This document shows, piece by piece, positions 15,957 through 24,490 of a DNA stretch of 37,075 bases. The notes below the pieces were generated by a model that was not told the DNA's origin, did no database searches, and saw only the letters and a list, made by a program, of their open reading frames with translations. A program made the position numbers and the translations under genes. Every line of letters begins with the position of its first letter. Within the stretch, counting starts at the first letter, position 1. The DNA is taken from assembly GCA_049969615.1 (NCBI GenBank), contig JBMFOM010000008.1, positions 1-37,075 on the forward strand, given 5' to 3'. The DNA is from a candidate division WOR-3 bacterium. Its GTDB lineage: Bacteria; Hydrothermota; Hydrothermia; JBDRYB01.

Positions 15957-16721
15957 ATGAGGGTTTTGGCTGTAGGAGATGTGGTGGGCGAGCCCGGCCG
16001 AACCGCGCTGGCAAGGGCTTTGCCCCCCCTTCGGGAAGAGCTTTCGCCTTCCCTGGTGGTGGTGAACGGCGAGAACGTCGCGGGCGGCCTGGGAATAACC
16101 CGAAATCTGTTTGACGAGATCAGGGAATACGGCGCTGATGTGATAACTACCGGCAACCATATCTGGGCAAAATCCGAGGCCAGGGGATTCGTTGATGATT
16201 GCCCGGAGATCATCGTCCCCGCGAACCTATCTGCGGTCGGAAACCCTGGGCATAGACTCTTCATCAAGGGTGAAACAGCAGTCTTTCAGCTCGTGGGCAG
16301 GCTCTTTATGAACCCGCTGGTTGATGACCCTTTTACCACCGCGGATCGTATCCTGGAAAATATCAAGGCCAGGGTAATCCTGGTTGATTTCCACGCGGAG
16401 GCAACCTCTGAGAAGGGCGCGTTGGCGCACTATCTTGACGGCAGGGTCTCGGCTGTCTATGGGACACACACACATGTCCAGACCTCTGACGAAAGGGTCT
16501 TGCCCGGCGGGACGGGGTTCATATCTGACATAGGCATGGCTGGAAGCTGGGATGGCATAATAGGTGTGAAAAGGGACGATGTCCTCCGGACATTTAGGAC
16601 CGGTTTCGGCGGAAGGGCAAAGCCGGCAAGGGGCAATCTTGTGCTTGAGGGCGCGGTCTTTGATATAGACGAGAAAACCGGGAAATGCCTGTCCGTAGAG
16701 AGAGTAAGGAGGTTTATTTGA
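15957..16721 (+). CDS. ymdB: YmdB-family metallophosphoesterase
   Basis: GDVVGEPG, NGENVAGG, TTGNHIW, DFHAEATSEK, GTHTHVQTSD motifs. Confidence 0.93.
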   Translation: MRVLAVGDVVGEPGRTALARALPPLREELSPSLVVVNGENVAGGLGITRNLFDEIREYGADVITTGNHIWAKSEARGFVDDCPEIIVPANLSAVGNPGHRLFIKGETAVFQLVGRLFMNPLVDDPFTTADRILENIKARVILVDFHAEATSEKGALAHYLDGRVSAVYGTHTHVQTSDERVLPGGTGFISDIGMAGSWDGIIGVKRDDVLRTFRTGFGGRAKPARGNLVLEGAVFDIDEKTGKCLSVERVRRFI

Positions 16722-16961
16722 GGGAGATAGAATACCAGGACATAGTCAACGCGGTGGCTGAGATGTGCCCGGAAGCCTGCATGACCCTGGATGAGGAGAT
16801 GAAGGGGGTAATGTGCAGAGCAATGTCAGCCGAGGAATCGCCATTGGGGCAAAAGATACTCAGGAGGTTCATTGAGGTCGCCCCCGTGCCACATAGCCTC
16901 CTTGCCCCTGGCAATAGACTTTCAATGCCCTGCCAACAGGAGGGCATTTCGGGAGATATAG
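16718..16961 (+). pseudogene. Internally deleted, frameshifted paralog of the fumarate hydratase alpha subunit
   Basis: TTG start with SD. MREIEYQDIVNAVAEMC...GQKIL joins directly to FIEVAP. Removing one C at 16881-16885 gives CHIASLPLAIDFQCPANRRAFREI*, matching both ends of the intact gene downstream. Confidence 0.85.
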
Positions 16962-17017
16962 CATGATTCCAGCGAAAAAATCTGCAGTTCAGACAAGAGA
17001 GAACCGAGGAGGTTCAG

Positions 17018-17860
17018 ATGCGTGAGATAAAATACGAGGATGTCGTCAACACCGTGGCCGACATGTGCATAGAGGCCTGCGTGTTCCTCAAGGATGACAT
17101 GAAGGAGGTTCTGAAAAAGGCCTACGAGAAGGAGGAGTCCGACACCGGAAAGAAGATCATGGGCCAGATACTCAAGAACCTTGAGGTCGCGGAGGCTGAG
17201 AGGATGCCGATATGCCAGGACACTGGCCTGGCGGTTTTCTTCGTTGATGTTGGCGAGGATGTGAGGGTCTCAGGCGGTGGTCTCACTGCCGCCATAAACG
17301 ATGGTGTAAGGAAGGGATATAAGGAAGGCTATCTAAGGAAATCCGCTTGCGACCCCATAACCAGAAAGAACACGGGCGACAACACACCCGCCATAATCCA
17401 CTACAGCCTGGTCCCCGGAGACAAGATCAAGCTGGCCCTGGCCCCAAAGGGCGGCGGTTCGGAGAACATGAGCACGGTAAAAATGTTTCCCCCCTCAGCG
17501 GGCTGGGAAGGCATGAGGAAATTCGCCATAGAGTGGATAGCCCAATCAGGCGGCAACCCCTGCCCCCCGACTGTCATAGGCATAGGCGTTGGCGGAAACT
17601 TTGAGCTCTCAGCCATAAACGCCAAGAGGGCCATCGTGTTCAGGAAAATAGGACAGCGGCATCCTGATCCTTTCTGGGCGGAGAAGGAGCTTGAGATCCT
17701 TGAGGAAGCCAACAAGCTGGGCGTGGGTCCGATGGGCCTGGGCGGCAAGGTATCCGTCCTTGATGTTTTCATTGAGGTCGCGCCATGCCACATAGCCTCT
17801 TTGCCCTTCGCCATAAACACCCAGTGCCACGCGAACCGTCACGCGTTCCGCGAGATATAG
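17018..17860 (+). CDS. fumA: Class I (Fe-S) fumarate hydratase/tartrate dehydratase, alpha subunit
   Basis: PICQDTG, KGGGSEN, GNPCPP, PCHIAS and QCHA motifs. Confidence 0.92.
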   Translation: MREIKYEDVVNTVADMCIEACVFLKDDMKEVLKKAYEKEESDTGKKIMGQILKNLEVAEAERMPICQDTGLAVFFVDVGEDVRVSGGGLTAAINDGVRKGYKEGYLRKSACDPITRKNTGDNTPAIIHYSLVPGDKIKLALAPKGGGSENMSTVKMFPPSAGWEGMRKFAIEWIAQSGGNPCPPTVIGIGVGGNFELSAINAKRAIVFRKIGQRHPDPFWAEKELEILEEANKLGVGPMGLGGKVSVLDVFIEVAPCHIASLPFAINTQCHANRHAFREI

Positions 17861-17870
17861 GAGGTGCAGG

Positions 17871-18419
17871 ATGGCAAAGAAAATAACAACACCTCTCACC
17901 GATGATGTGGTCATGTCCCTGGAGATAGGGGACGAGGTTGAGCTCACGGGAATAATTTACACGGCCCGTGATTCCGCACACAAACGCATGGTGGAGATGC
18001 TAGATAGGGGCGAGGAGCTCCCCATAGACCTGAAGGGTCAGGCAATCTACTACGCTGGCCCCGCGCCCGCTCCCCCAGGAAAACCCATAGGTTCTGTTGG
18101 CCCGACAACATCAGGAAGGATGGATGCCTACGCTCCCAGGCTTTATGACCTGGGACTCAAGGCCACCATCGGCAAAGGGCCGAGGGCAAAACCCGTGATT
18201 GATGCCATGGTTAGAAACAAGGCCGTTTATTTCACCGCGATAGGCGGCGTCGCGGCCCTGCCAGCGCTGAGGGTCAAGGAGGCAAAGGTCGTCGCGTTTG
18301 AGGACATGGGACCAGAAGCGATAACCATGCTCGTGGTGGAGGACTTCCCCCTCATAGTCACGATAGACGCCCACGGCAGGGACTTGCATGTTGAGGGACC
18401 GGCAAAGTGGAAGAGATAG
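17871..18419 (+). CDS. fumB: Class I fumarate hydratase/tartrate dehydratase, beta subunit
   Basis: TARDSAH, GPTTSGRMD, IGKG and DMGPEAI motifs. Confidence 0.92.
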   Translation: MAKKITTPLTDDVVMSLEIGDEVELTGIIYTARDSAHKRMVEMLDRGEELPIDLKGQAIYYAGPAPAPPGKPIGSVGPTTSGRMDAYAPRLYDLGLKATIGKGPRAKPVIDAMVRNKAVYFTAIGGVAALPALRVKEAKVVAFEDMGPEAITMLVVEDFPLIVTIDAHGRDLHVEGPAKWKR

Positions 18420-18450
18420 GCGCGACGCGATAACCCGATAACCGGAGACC

Positions 18451-18480
18451 AGCCCAGGACCATTGCGCCCTGGGCTTTTG
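18451..18480 (+). terminator. Rho-independent terminator
   Basis: AGCCCAGG-N10-CCTGGGCT stem followed by TTTGTT. Confidence 0.65.
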
Positions 18481-18571
18481 TTGAGATATGCGATTCTTTC
18501 ATCAATCAGGCAGTCAAGGGCAAAATCCATTGGGGAGGAACCGGGAACAAGGGGCGATCTATAATATATGG

Positions 18572-19225
18572 GTGCGTGTGCTTCACCTTGATACAGCCGA
18601 ATCCACCCAGGATGAATGCTTCAGACTCCTGGAGGAACACGCGTCCGTAGCGGTAAGGGCAGACATCCAAACCAGGGGCAGGGGCAGGCACGGTTCCTGG
18701 TGGCACTCCCCGCCCGGAGGCCTCTGGTTATCCGTCGGTCTCACTGGTATTGATGGGTTCGCGTGTGCCGTGGCCGGGCCCGTGGCTGTCTGCAAAACCG
18801 TGGCTTCATACCTGCCCTCTCCCGTGATGATCCGGCCCCCGAATGATCTCATACACTCCGGAAGGAAGCTCGCTGGCATTCTGGTTGAAAAAAGGGGGGC
18901 AAAGGTTGTTACTGGTTTTGGCATAAACCTCTACCAGGAGGTTTTCCCGCCAGAACTGAACGCGATTTCACTCAGGCTGATTGGCGGAAATGGCTTCACG
19001 CTTGAGGAGGTAGCCAAGAGGCTCATATCCAGCTTCATGGGTCTTTTGGAGCTTCCGCTTCCTGATATAATATCCACATACAACGAATCCCTTATTTGCA
19101 TGGGGAAATTTGTCAGGGTAGGGGGCACACAGGGCATTTTCAAAGGCCTCACTCCAGAGGGCTTTCTGGTCGGCGAAACGTTCATACCAATCGGCAGGTT
19201 CACGGGCATGGGGATAGCCAAATGA
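18572..19225 (+). CDS. birA: Biotin--protein ligase (class I, no HTH), probable leaderless GTG start
   Basis: STQD, QTRGRGRHGSWWHSPPGGLWLS, PNDL...KLAGILVE, GFGIN; TATAAT ends 6 nt before GTG 18572. Confidence 0.88.
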   Translation: MRVLHLDTAESTQDECFRLLEEHASVAVRADIQTRGRGRHGSWWHSPPGGLWLSVGLTGIDGFACAVAGPVAVCKTVASYLPSPVMIRPPNDLIHSGRKLAGILVEKRGAKVVTGFGINLYQEVFPPELNAISLRLIGGNGFTLEEVAKRLISSFMGLLELPLPDIISTYNESLICMGKFVRVGGTQGIFKGLTPEGFLVGETFIPIGRFTGMGIAK

Positions 19226-19941
19226 GACTGCTGGTTGTTGATGCGGGAAACTCTGGCCTGAAGGCTGGCCTATTCGTGGATTTTTACCTTCCAAGGACAG
19301 GCAGGTTTGAGAGGGTGGGGGATTTCTCGGGATGGGCTGATGAGGCCGAGGGGATAGCGATATCCTCTGTGGTGCCAAAATTGAAGAAAACCCTGGAAGA
19401 GACGTTCCCGTCCGCGCTTTTTCTCAACAAGGACAACGCGAACATCCGAATCTACTATAGGGAGCCCGGAAGGCTCGGTGCGGACAGGATAGCCAATGCC
19501 TTGTATGTGAAGCACTTTCTGTCGCAAAAAACCATCGTCGCGGACATTGGGACAGCGGTCACGGTTGACGCGGTCGGTGAGGACGGGACATTCCACGGCG
19601 GGGTGATATTTCCGGGGCCTGACATCGCGCTATCCTGTCTGGGTTCAAACACGGGCGCTCTTCCAAAGATTGACCTGACCAACGAGCCAATCGGCCCTTT
19701 GGGTAGAGACACGGAGACCGGGATGAGATCCGGAGTCCTCTGGTCAACAGCCATAGCCGTGGAAGGGCTTTCAAAAGCCCAGGCCAGGTTCCTGGGCTGG
19801 GATAACTACAGGCTGGTTCTCACCGGGGGCATGGCCAGGATCATCCGGCCCTTGCTGAAGGCCAGGTGTTCGGTAGAAACCCACGCCACACTGCTTGGCC
19901 TCGGCGCGTGGGCGCAGGAATTGCTAAGGGGGGAGCTCTGA
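19222..19941 (+). CDS. coaX: Type III pantothenate kinase
   Basis: VDAGNSGLK, SSVVP, LGADR, DIGTAVTVD, GGVIFPG, LTGG; ATGA overlap with birA. Confidence 0.93.
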   Translation: MRLLVVDAGNSGLKAGLFVDFYLPRTGRFERVGDFSGWADEAEGIAISSVVPKLKKTLEETFPSALFLNKDNANIRIYYREPGRLGADRIANALYVKHFLSQKTIVADIGTAVTVDAVGEDGTFHGGVIFPGPDIALSCLGSNTGALPKIDLTNEPIGPLGRDTETGMRSGVLWSTAIAVEGLSKAQARFLGWDNYRLVLTGGMARIIRPLLKARCSVETHATLLGLGAWAQELLRGEL

Positions 19942-19962
19942 TATATCTATGGAGACTGGCAA

Positions 19963-20688
19963 ATGTTTCCATTCATGCTCAATAATTTCACCGTGGCTCT
20001 TCCTATAATAGAGGAATTGCCGGGCGGGGGCCGGCTTGAACTCCACGAAGTCATGGGCGATGACCTGACCCCCGCACGGATAGCCCGAATATCCTACCTT
20101 TCCGAGGGAGGGGACGATGAGCGTGACGCGGCCCTCCTGGCCAGGCTCATCAGGATGGGCCACACATCTGTTTTTGAGCATCAGGTCTTCAGGTTTCTCC
20201 TTGACGGGGCTCCCATGTATATCGGGGAGCAGATCCTAAGGCATAGGATAGCTTCCTATACCAAGCGCAGTTTCAGATACACCTCGCCTGATGAGCAATT
20301 GCCGGGTGATCTGAACGAGGAGTTTCACATCCCGCCAGAGTTCTTGGGCCTGAAGGAATGGAAGGGCAAAGGTAATCCGGATGAGCTCAGAGCCAGGATA
20401 GAAGACCACATCAGGCGTTCGGTTGAGCTCTACCGGGAACTGGTGAACGCTGGGTTAAGGAAGGAGGCCGCCAGGTGCATCCTGCCAGCAGGGACCAGGA
20501 CCTGTTTCTGGTGGACGATAAACATGCGAAGCGCGATGAACTTCCTGTCCTTGAGGCTACGGCCGGACGCGCAGTGGGAGATAAGGGGTGTGGCGAGAGC
20601 AATGGCCAGGATATTTCAGAAGGTCGTGCCTTTGACCATCTCGGAATTTCTCAGGCAGTGGGGGCTGGAGAGGTATCTTGATACATAG
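19963..20688 (+). CDS. thyX: FAD-dependent thymidylate synthase
   Basis: GHTSVFEH, RHRIASYTKRSFRY signature, KEAARCILP, AQWEIR. Confidence 0.93.
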   Translation: MFPFMLNNFTVALPIIEELPGGGRLELHEVMGDDLTPARIARISYLSEGGDDERDAALLARLIRMGHTSVFEHQVFRFLLDGAPMYIGEQILRHRIASYTKRSFRYTSPDEQLPGDLNEEFHIPPEFLGLKEWKGKGNPDELRARIEDHIRRSVELYRELVNAGLRKEAARCILPAGTRTCFWWTINMRSAMNFLSLRLRPDAQWEIRGVARAMARIFQKVVPLTISEFLRQWGLERYLDT

Positions 20689-20689
20689 G

Positions 20690-20811
20690 GAGACCTCTGA
20701 TAAAGTAGTAATAACCTACTGGTTTGGGGGAGGAACACTTTGTCCAAGAGAACAGGGTTCTAAGAGGCCCTCTGAAAAATCCCTTCACGAGAGCATTTTC
20801 TCAGGGTTCTC
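20690..20811 (+). repeat. Dispersed ~123-bp repeat (module B), MITE-like, copy 2
   Basis: About 90 percent identical to 3231-3354; fills almost the whole gap between the convergent thyX and acetyltransferase genes. Confidence 0.85.
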
Positions 20812-20822
20812 TATTGCCCGGA

Positions 20823-21527
20823 TCAGAGCGCCCTACACCAGGTCACATCGGTCCTGGCTATACCGTAGCCCCACTTGAGATAAAGCCGGGTCGCCGGATA
20901 ATTGTAGGTTTGTGTCCTGACCTCTGCATTCGTGAGACCATGCTCCAGGTATGCCCTGTGAGCCGCGGCCATCAAAGCGTTTCCAGTGCCCCGTGGTGCC
21001 TTCCGGGACGCGCCTATAAGAACTATCACCCCCACCCCCTTCAGCCTGAGGGTCACATAACCGACAGGCCCTTTTCCCACATCAACAACAAGAACCAGAT
21101 CAGCCGCATCTCCCCTGACGCTGTTCTCTGCCCATGTAGCGAACATGGCGTCAGCCTCCTCGCGGCTGAAGAACGGGTCGTGGTAGAACCTGCTCGTGAG
21201 AAACAGGCCCTGACTCATTTCCATGAGCGCGGGGATGTCGTCCGGAGTAGCGGCGCGGGTGGGGAGGCCGGGTTTCGGGGCATTATCAACCTCTCTGGCA
21301 AAGGTCACTCCGACATCCGTCAGGTAGAACCCCGCGGCCGCGAGGGCCTGACCCCACTCAAGCTGGGAGCCATTAAACCTGGCGGTAAGGTGCTTGTAGC
21401 CAGCGGCCCGGGCCTCTTCAATGAGCCCGGCAAGCTCCTCGCGTGCAAAATCACTGGATATGATCAGGCTGCCCATCTTCCTGCCGAAATGCTTGGTATC
21501 CCAGGTTCTTTCGGTTAGTTCAATCAT
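20823..21527 (-). CDS. GNAT acetyltransferase, WecD/RffC (dTDP-fucosamine acetyltransferase)-like
   Basis: WDTKHFG, SRFYHDPFF...WAENSVRG, RGTGNALM, TQTYNYPATRLYLKWG motifs. Confidence 0.8.
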   Translation of the reverse strand: MIELTERTWDTKHFGRKMGSLIISSDFAREELAGLIEEARAAGYKHLTARFNGSQLEWGQALAAAGFYLTDVGVTFAREVDNAPKPGLPTRAATPDDIPALMEMSQGLFLTSRFYHDPFFSREEADAMFATWAENSVRGDAADLVLVVDVGKGPVGYVTLRLKGVGVIVLIGASRKAPRGTGNALMAAAHRAYLEHGLTNAEVRTQTYNYPATRLYLKWGYGIARTDVTWCRAL

Positions 21528-22440
21528 CGGTAGTCTCCCTGATTATATATATTGGCCTTCCGAGGGATTGGATGTAGAGCTTGCCCAGGTATTCGCCAAT
21601 TATGCCCAACACGGTGAGGACAATGCCGCCAAGGAATAGCATGGTGGCCATCATTGAGGCGTAGCCCACTACCCCATATCCCCAGAATATCTTTCTGATG
21701 ATTACTACAGCCCCCAAGAAGGCTGAGAGAAAGGCAACGCCAAGGCCCAAGTAGGTGGAAAGCCTCAGGGGCAGGACCGAGAAGCTGGTGACCGCGTTCA
21801 TTGCCAGGGAAAACATACGTCCCAGGTTATACTTGGTTTTTCCTGCGGCGCGCGGGCTGTGCTCAACCTCAACCGTGGTCCAGGGGAAACCCGTCCAGGC
21901 CATGAGGCCGTGGATGAACCTGTGGACCTCCCTCATTCCACGGAGCGCGTCGGTGACCTCCCTCCGCATCACCCTGAGCATGGCCTGATTCTCCGGCATT
22001 GTTACCCCGCCGAGCCTATTTATCCACTTCCAGAAGAGACTGCTGGTTAGCCTTTTGAAAAACGGGTCTTGCCTGGTCTTTCTGATACCATAGACCAGAA
22101 AATAGCCCTCGTTTATCTTCTGAACAAGCCTTGGGAGGTCTTCCGGATTATCCTGGAGGTCAGCGTCCATCATTGCCACCAGGTCGCCATTCGCCATGTC
22201 CAGGCCAGCAGTGAGGGCTATGTGATGGCCGAAGTTCCGGCAAAAGCGAATCCCCCTTACCCTCCTGTCCCTCTCGTGCAGGGATGTTATGGCCTCCCAG
22301 GAGCCATCGCGTGAGCCGTCGTCCACCAGGATGATCTCGTGGTCAGGGGTTATACCCTCCAGGACTGGAGAAAGCCTTGCATATAAACGGGAAAGGTTCT
22401 CCTTCTCGTTGAACACCGGAACTATGACCGAGAGCCTCAC
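21520..22440 (-). CDS. GT2 polyprenol-phosphate glycosyltransferase (GtrB/ArnC-like)
   Basis: LSVIVPVFNE, VDDGSRD, RNFGH, MDADLQD, two C-terminal TM helices. Start placed at GTG 22440 (CATAAT-N6-GTG); ATG 22458 is the alternative. Confidence 0.9.
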   Translation of the reverse strand: MRLSVIVPVFNEKENLSRLYARLSPVLEGITPDHEIILVDDGSRDGSWEAITSLHERDRRVRGIRFCRNFGHHIALTAGLDMANGDLVAMMDADLQDNPEDLPRLVQKINEGYFLVYGIRKTRQDPFFKRLTSSLFWKWINRLGGVTMPENQAMLRVMRREVTDALRGMREVHRFIHGLMAWTGFPWTTVEVEHSPRAAGKTKYNLGRMFSLAMNAVTSFSVLPLRLSTYLGLGVAFLSAFLGAVVIIRKIFWGYGVVGYASMMATMLFLGGIVLTVLGIIGEYLGKLYIQSLGRPIYIIRETTDD

Positions 22441-22478
22441 GGGTATATTATGAACCATGAGAGTGATTTAATTTCAAG

Positions 22479-22508
22479 TTGAAGAAGGGGGGAGGGGGGG
22501 ATTAAAAT
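22479..22508 (+). promoter_or_regulatory. Putative promoter TTGAAG-N18-TAAAAT with G6-A-G7 tract in the spacer
   Basis: Same hexamers and spacing as the nuoG promoter; spacer AAGGGGGGAGGGGGGGAT. Confidence 0.6.
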
Positions 22509-22568
22509 ATCTTTGTGTTCCAGACGAATGGTATCACGATTTGGCATCGGATCTTTGGGAGGTGAACG

Positions 22569-23330
22569 ATGAAGATCAGCGAAAGTGAACTCCGCGAGAA
22601 TCTCGTTTCCGCCAGGGAAACCCATGAGGGCCTCCGTTTGGCTTTCAGCATGGAATATCCCTCGGGTAAGCCCATATCTGTCTGGATAAAAGAAACCGAG
22701 GGGCGGTGGCTTGCTTCGGATATGGGTATGACCAGAGAGGAGATGATCTTTCTTGACTATGATTACGACAGGAACAGGCGTAATGTCATAAGGCGTCTGC
22801 TGAGTCATTACCAGGTTGAGGAGCGCAACGGCGTTCTCGTGAAGCTTGCAGATACTCCTGACGAGGCTATGGCGCTGGTCTATTGCATCGTGGCAATATC
22901 CTCTCTGATTTTCTCCAGGAAGGAGAGGCTAAAGCCACTGTTCCGGAGAGAAGTCAGGACATTCCTGGAGGGCTACCAGAAGAAGAGGGATTTTGAGCTG
23001 GTGACCAATTACCGGGTTGAAGGAATCCATAAGTCATATAGGGTTCACTTCGCCGTGAGGGGAGCGCGAGACGAGAAGAAACATTGGAGGGCTTTCCTTC
23101 AAACCCTCTATGGTGCTTCGCTTGAAACCATGAATAGCAGGGCTGAGCACATAGTGGCCATGTGGGTTTCTCTGAAGCTGGCTGAATCCCTGAAGAAAAT
23201 CAGACGTTTCGTTTTGATTGATGATAGAGAAAGAAACGGCCAAATTGAAAAATTGCGGAATTATCTCTCTGAGGAGAGCAATGGAGTCTTCTGCTGGTCT
23301 GAGAGGGAAAACCTCGTTGAAAGTCTTTGA
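22569..23330 (+). CDS. DUF1828/DUF1829-like protein
   Basis: YPSGKPISVWI...SDMGMT N-terminal pattern, then FRREVRTFL and NYRVEGIHKSYRVHFAV restriction-endonuclease-like C-terminal part; SD GGAGGT. Confidence 0.65.
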   Translation: MKISESELRENLVSARETHEGLRLAFSMEYPSGKPISVWIKETEGRWLASDMGMTREEMIFLDYDYDRNRRNVIRRLLSHYQVEERNGVLVKLADTPDEAMALVYCIVAISSLIFSRKERLKPLFRREVRTFLEGYQKKRDFELVTNYRVEGIHKSYRVHFAVRGARDEKKHWRAFLQTLYGASLETMNSRAEHIVAMWVSLKLAESLKKIRRFVLIDDRERNGQIEKLRNYLSEESNGVFCWSERENLVESL

Positions 23331-23362
23331 TCTCGGCCCGGGTCCGGGGTTAGAATTTCCCC

Positions 23363-24022
23363 ATGCAGGTTATCTACGAGATTATAGTCTCGCCCAAAAA
23401 GGCCTTTGAACGGCTAGCGGAAAAGCCCAGGTGGTGGCAGGGGCTACTCATCGTGATACCCCTGATAATACTGGGTGACCTGATTGGCGTGTGGTGCGGA
23501 TACGATTTCATTGTCCAGGCGGCTCAGGAGAGGTTCTCCCAGCTCACGCCGGAGCAGGCTGAGGCCGCGGCCCGGTGGATGAGCCTGCCTGTGATGCTTG
23601 GAACAACCGCCATACAGAAAACCATAATGGTTCCCCTGGTCATCCTCACCCAGGCGGTCATATTTCACCTGATGGTCCTGCTCTCAGGTGGAGAGGCGAA
23701 CTTCAGCAGGGCATTCGGAATAGTCGTCTGGTCAAAGATGGCAATAGTCATAGGCGCGTGGGCGACCGGGCTTCTTACTCTAGCCATGGGTCAGCCCTTC
23801 AGGACTGACCTGGGCCTTCTGGTTGACATGAGCTCAAAACTGCAGGGAGGGCTTTCGCAGATTGAGTTGTTCTCATTGTGGAGCCTGGCGCTGGTCGCGG
23901 AGGGACTGGTGAGGGTCCTGGCCTGCAGGCGCGCAATCTCCTATGCGGTGGTCTTTGGTCTCTGGGCAATCTGGGTTGCTGTTTCCTTTGGCATAGGCGC
24001 TTTCGTGGGCAAGATGGGCTGA
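23363..24022 (+). CDS. Yip1-family membrane protein
   Basis: IIVSPKKAFERLAEKP, GGEANF, IELFSLWSLAL; about 5 TM segments; leaderless promoter TTGATC-N18-TAGAAT-N6-ATG at 23327-23356. Confidence 0.8.
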   Translation: MQVIYEIIVSPKKAFERLAEKPRWWQGLLIVIPLIILGDLIGVWCGYDFIVQAAQERFSQLTPEQAEAAARWMSLPVMLGTTAIQKTIMVPLVILTQAVIFHLMVLLSGGEANFSRAFGIVVWSKMAIVIGAWATGLLTLAMGQPFRTDLGLLVDMSSKLQGGLSQIELFSLWSLALVAEGLVRVLACRRAISYAVVFGLWAIWVAVSFGIGAFVGKMG

Positions 24023-24028
24023 TGGTCA

Positions 24029-24376
24029 CTATCCCCTTCCCCTAATCCTGACCGGAATAAACCCGCTTCTCTCAAGCCCGGGCAAAAGGTGATACTGAAC
24101 CAGGTTGTCCCAGAATGCCTTTTCCGAGATCTGACCTTCGCCTATGTTTATGACGACATTCTGATGGAGATGGAGCTCGGGGCCGGCCTTGCGAAAGAGC
24201 TCAAGAAGGCCCATAGCGCCCGTTGCTATGCCAAGGGCCTGCGCGCCGGGGATGACCCCAACAAATGGGTTCGGCATTACCCCGGAGAGCGCGGACAGCG
24301 CCCTTGTGGCCGCGGATAATTGCCTGATAACCCCGGCCAGCTCCCTTATCTCGTTTTGCAGGGAATTTTCTGCCAC
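24029..24376 (-). CDS. Hypothetical protein (115 aa)
   Basis: Strong SD GGAGGT before GTG; fills the gap downstream of hypE; protein-like composition. Confidence 0.65.
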   Translation of the reverse strand: MAENSLQNEIRELAGVIRQLSAATRALSALSGVMPNPFVGVIPGAQALGIATGAMGLLELFRKAGPELHLHQNVVINIGEGQISEKAFWDNLVQYHLLPGLERSGFIPVRIRGRG

Positions 24377-24490
24377 AATAACCTCCGTTCAATTCCAATA
24401 GTGCGCCAACGCCTGGCAGTGGCTTTGGCTGTAATGATGAATGACCTGAATGATTTTGTGGGGAGGACAATGGGTCATGCCAGCCAGCGA

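Noticed and set aside
16718-17860. DGR template/variable repeat pair (fumarase relic versus intact gene)
   Set aside because: Differences are not adenine-specific and there is no reverse transcriptase in the window.
20724-21518. 264-aa plus-strand ORF and other long shadow ORFs (2025-2744, 9226-9921, 30227-30949, 35290-36306)
   Set aside because: They lie antisense to well-supported genes and have no recognisable motifs, as expected in GC-rich coding DNA.
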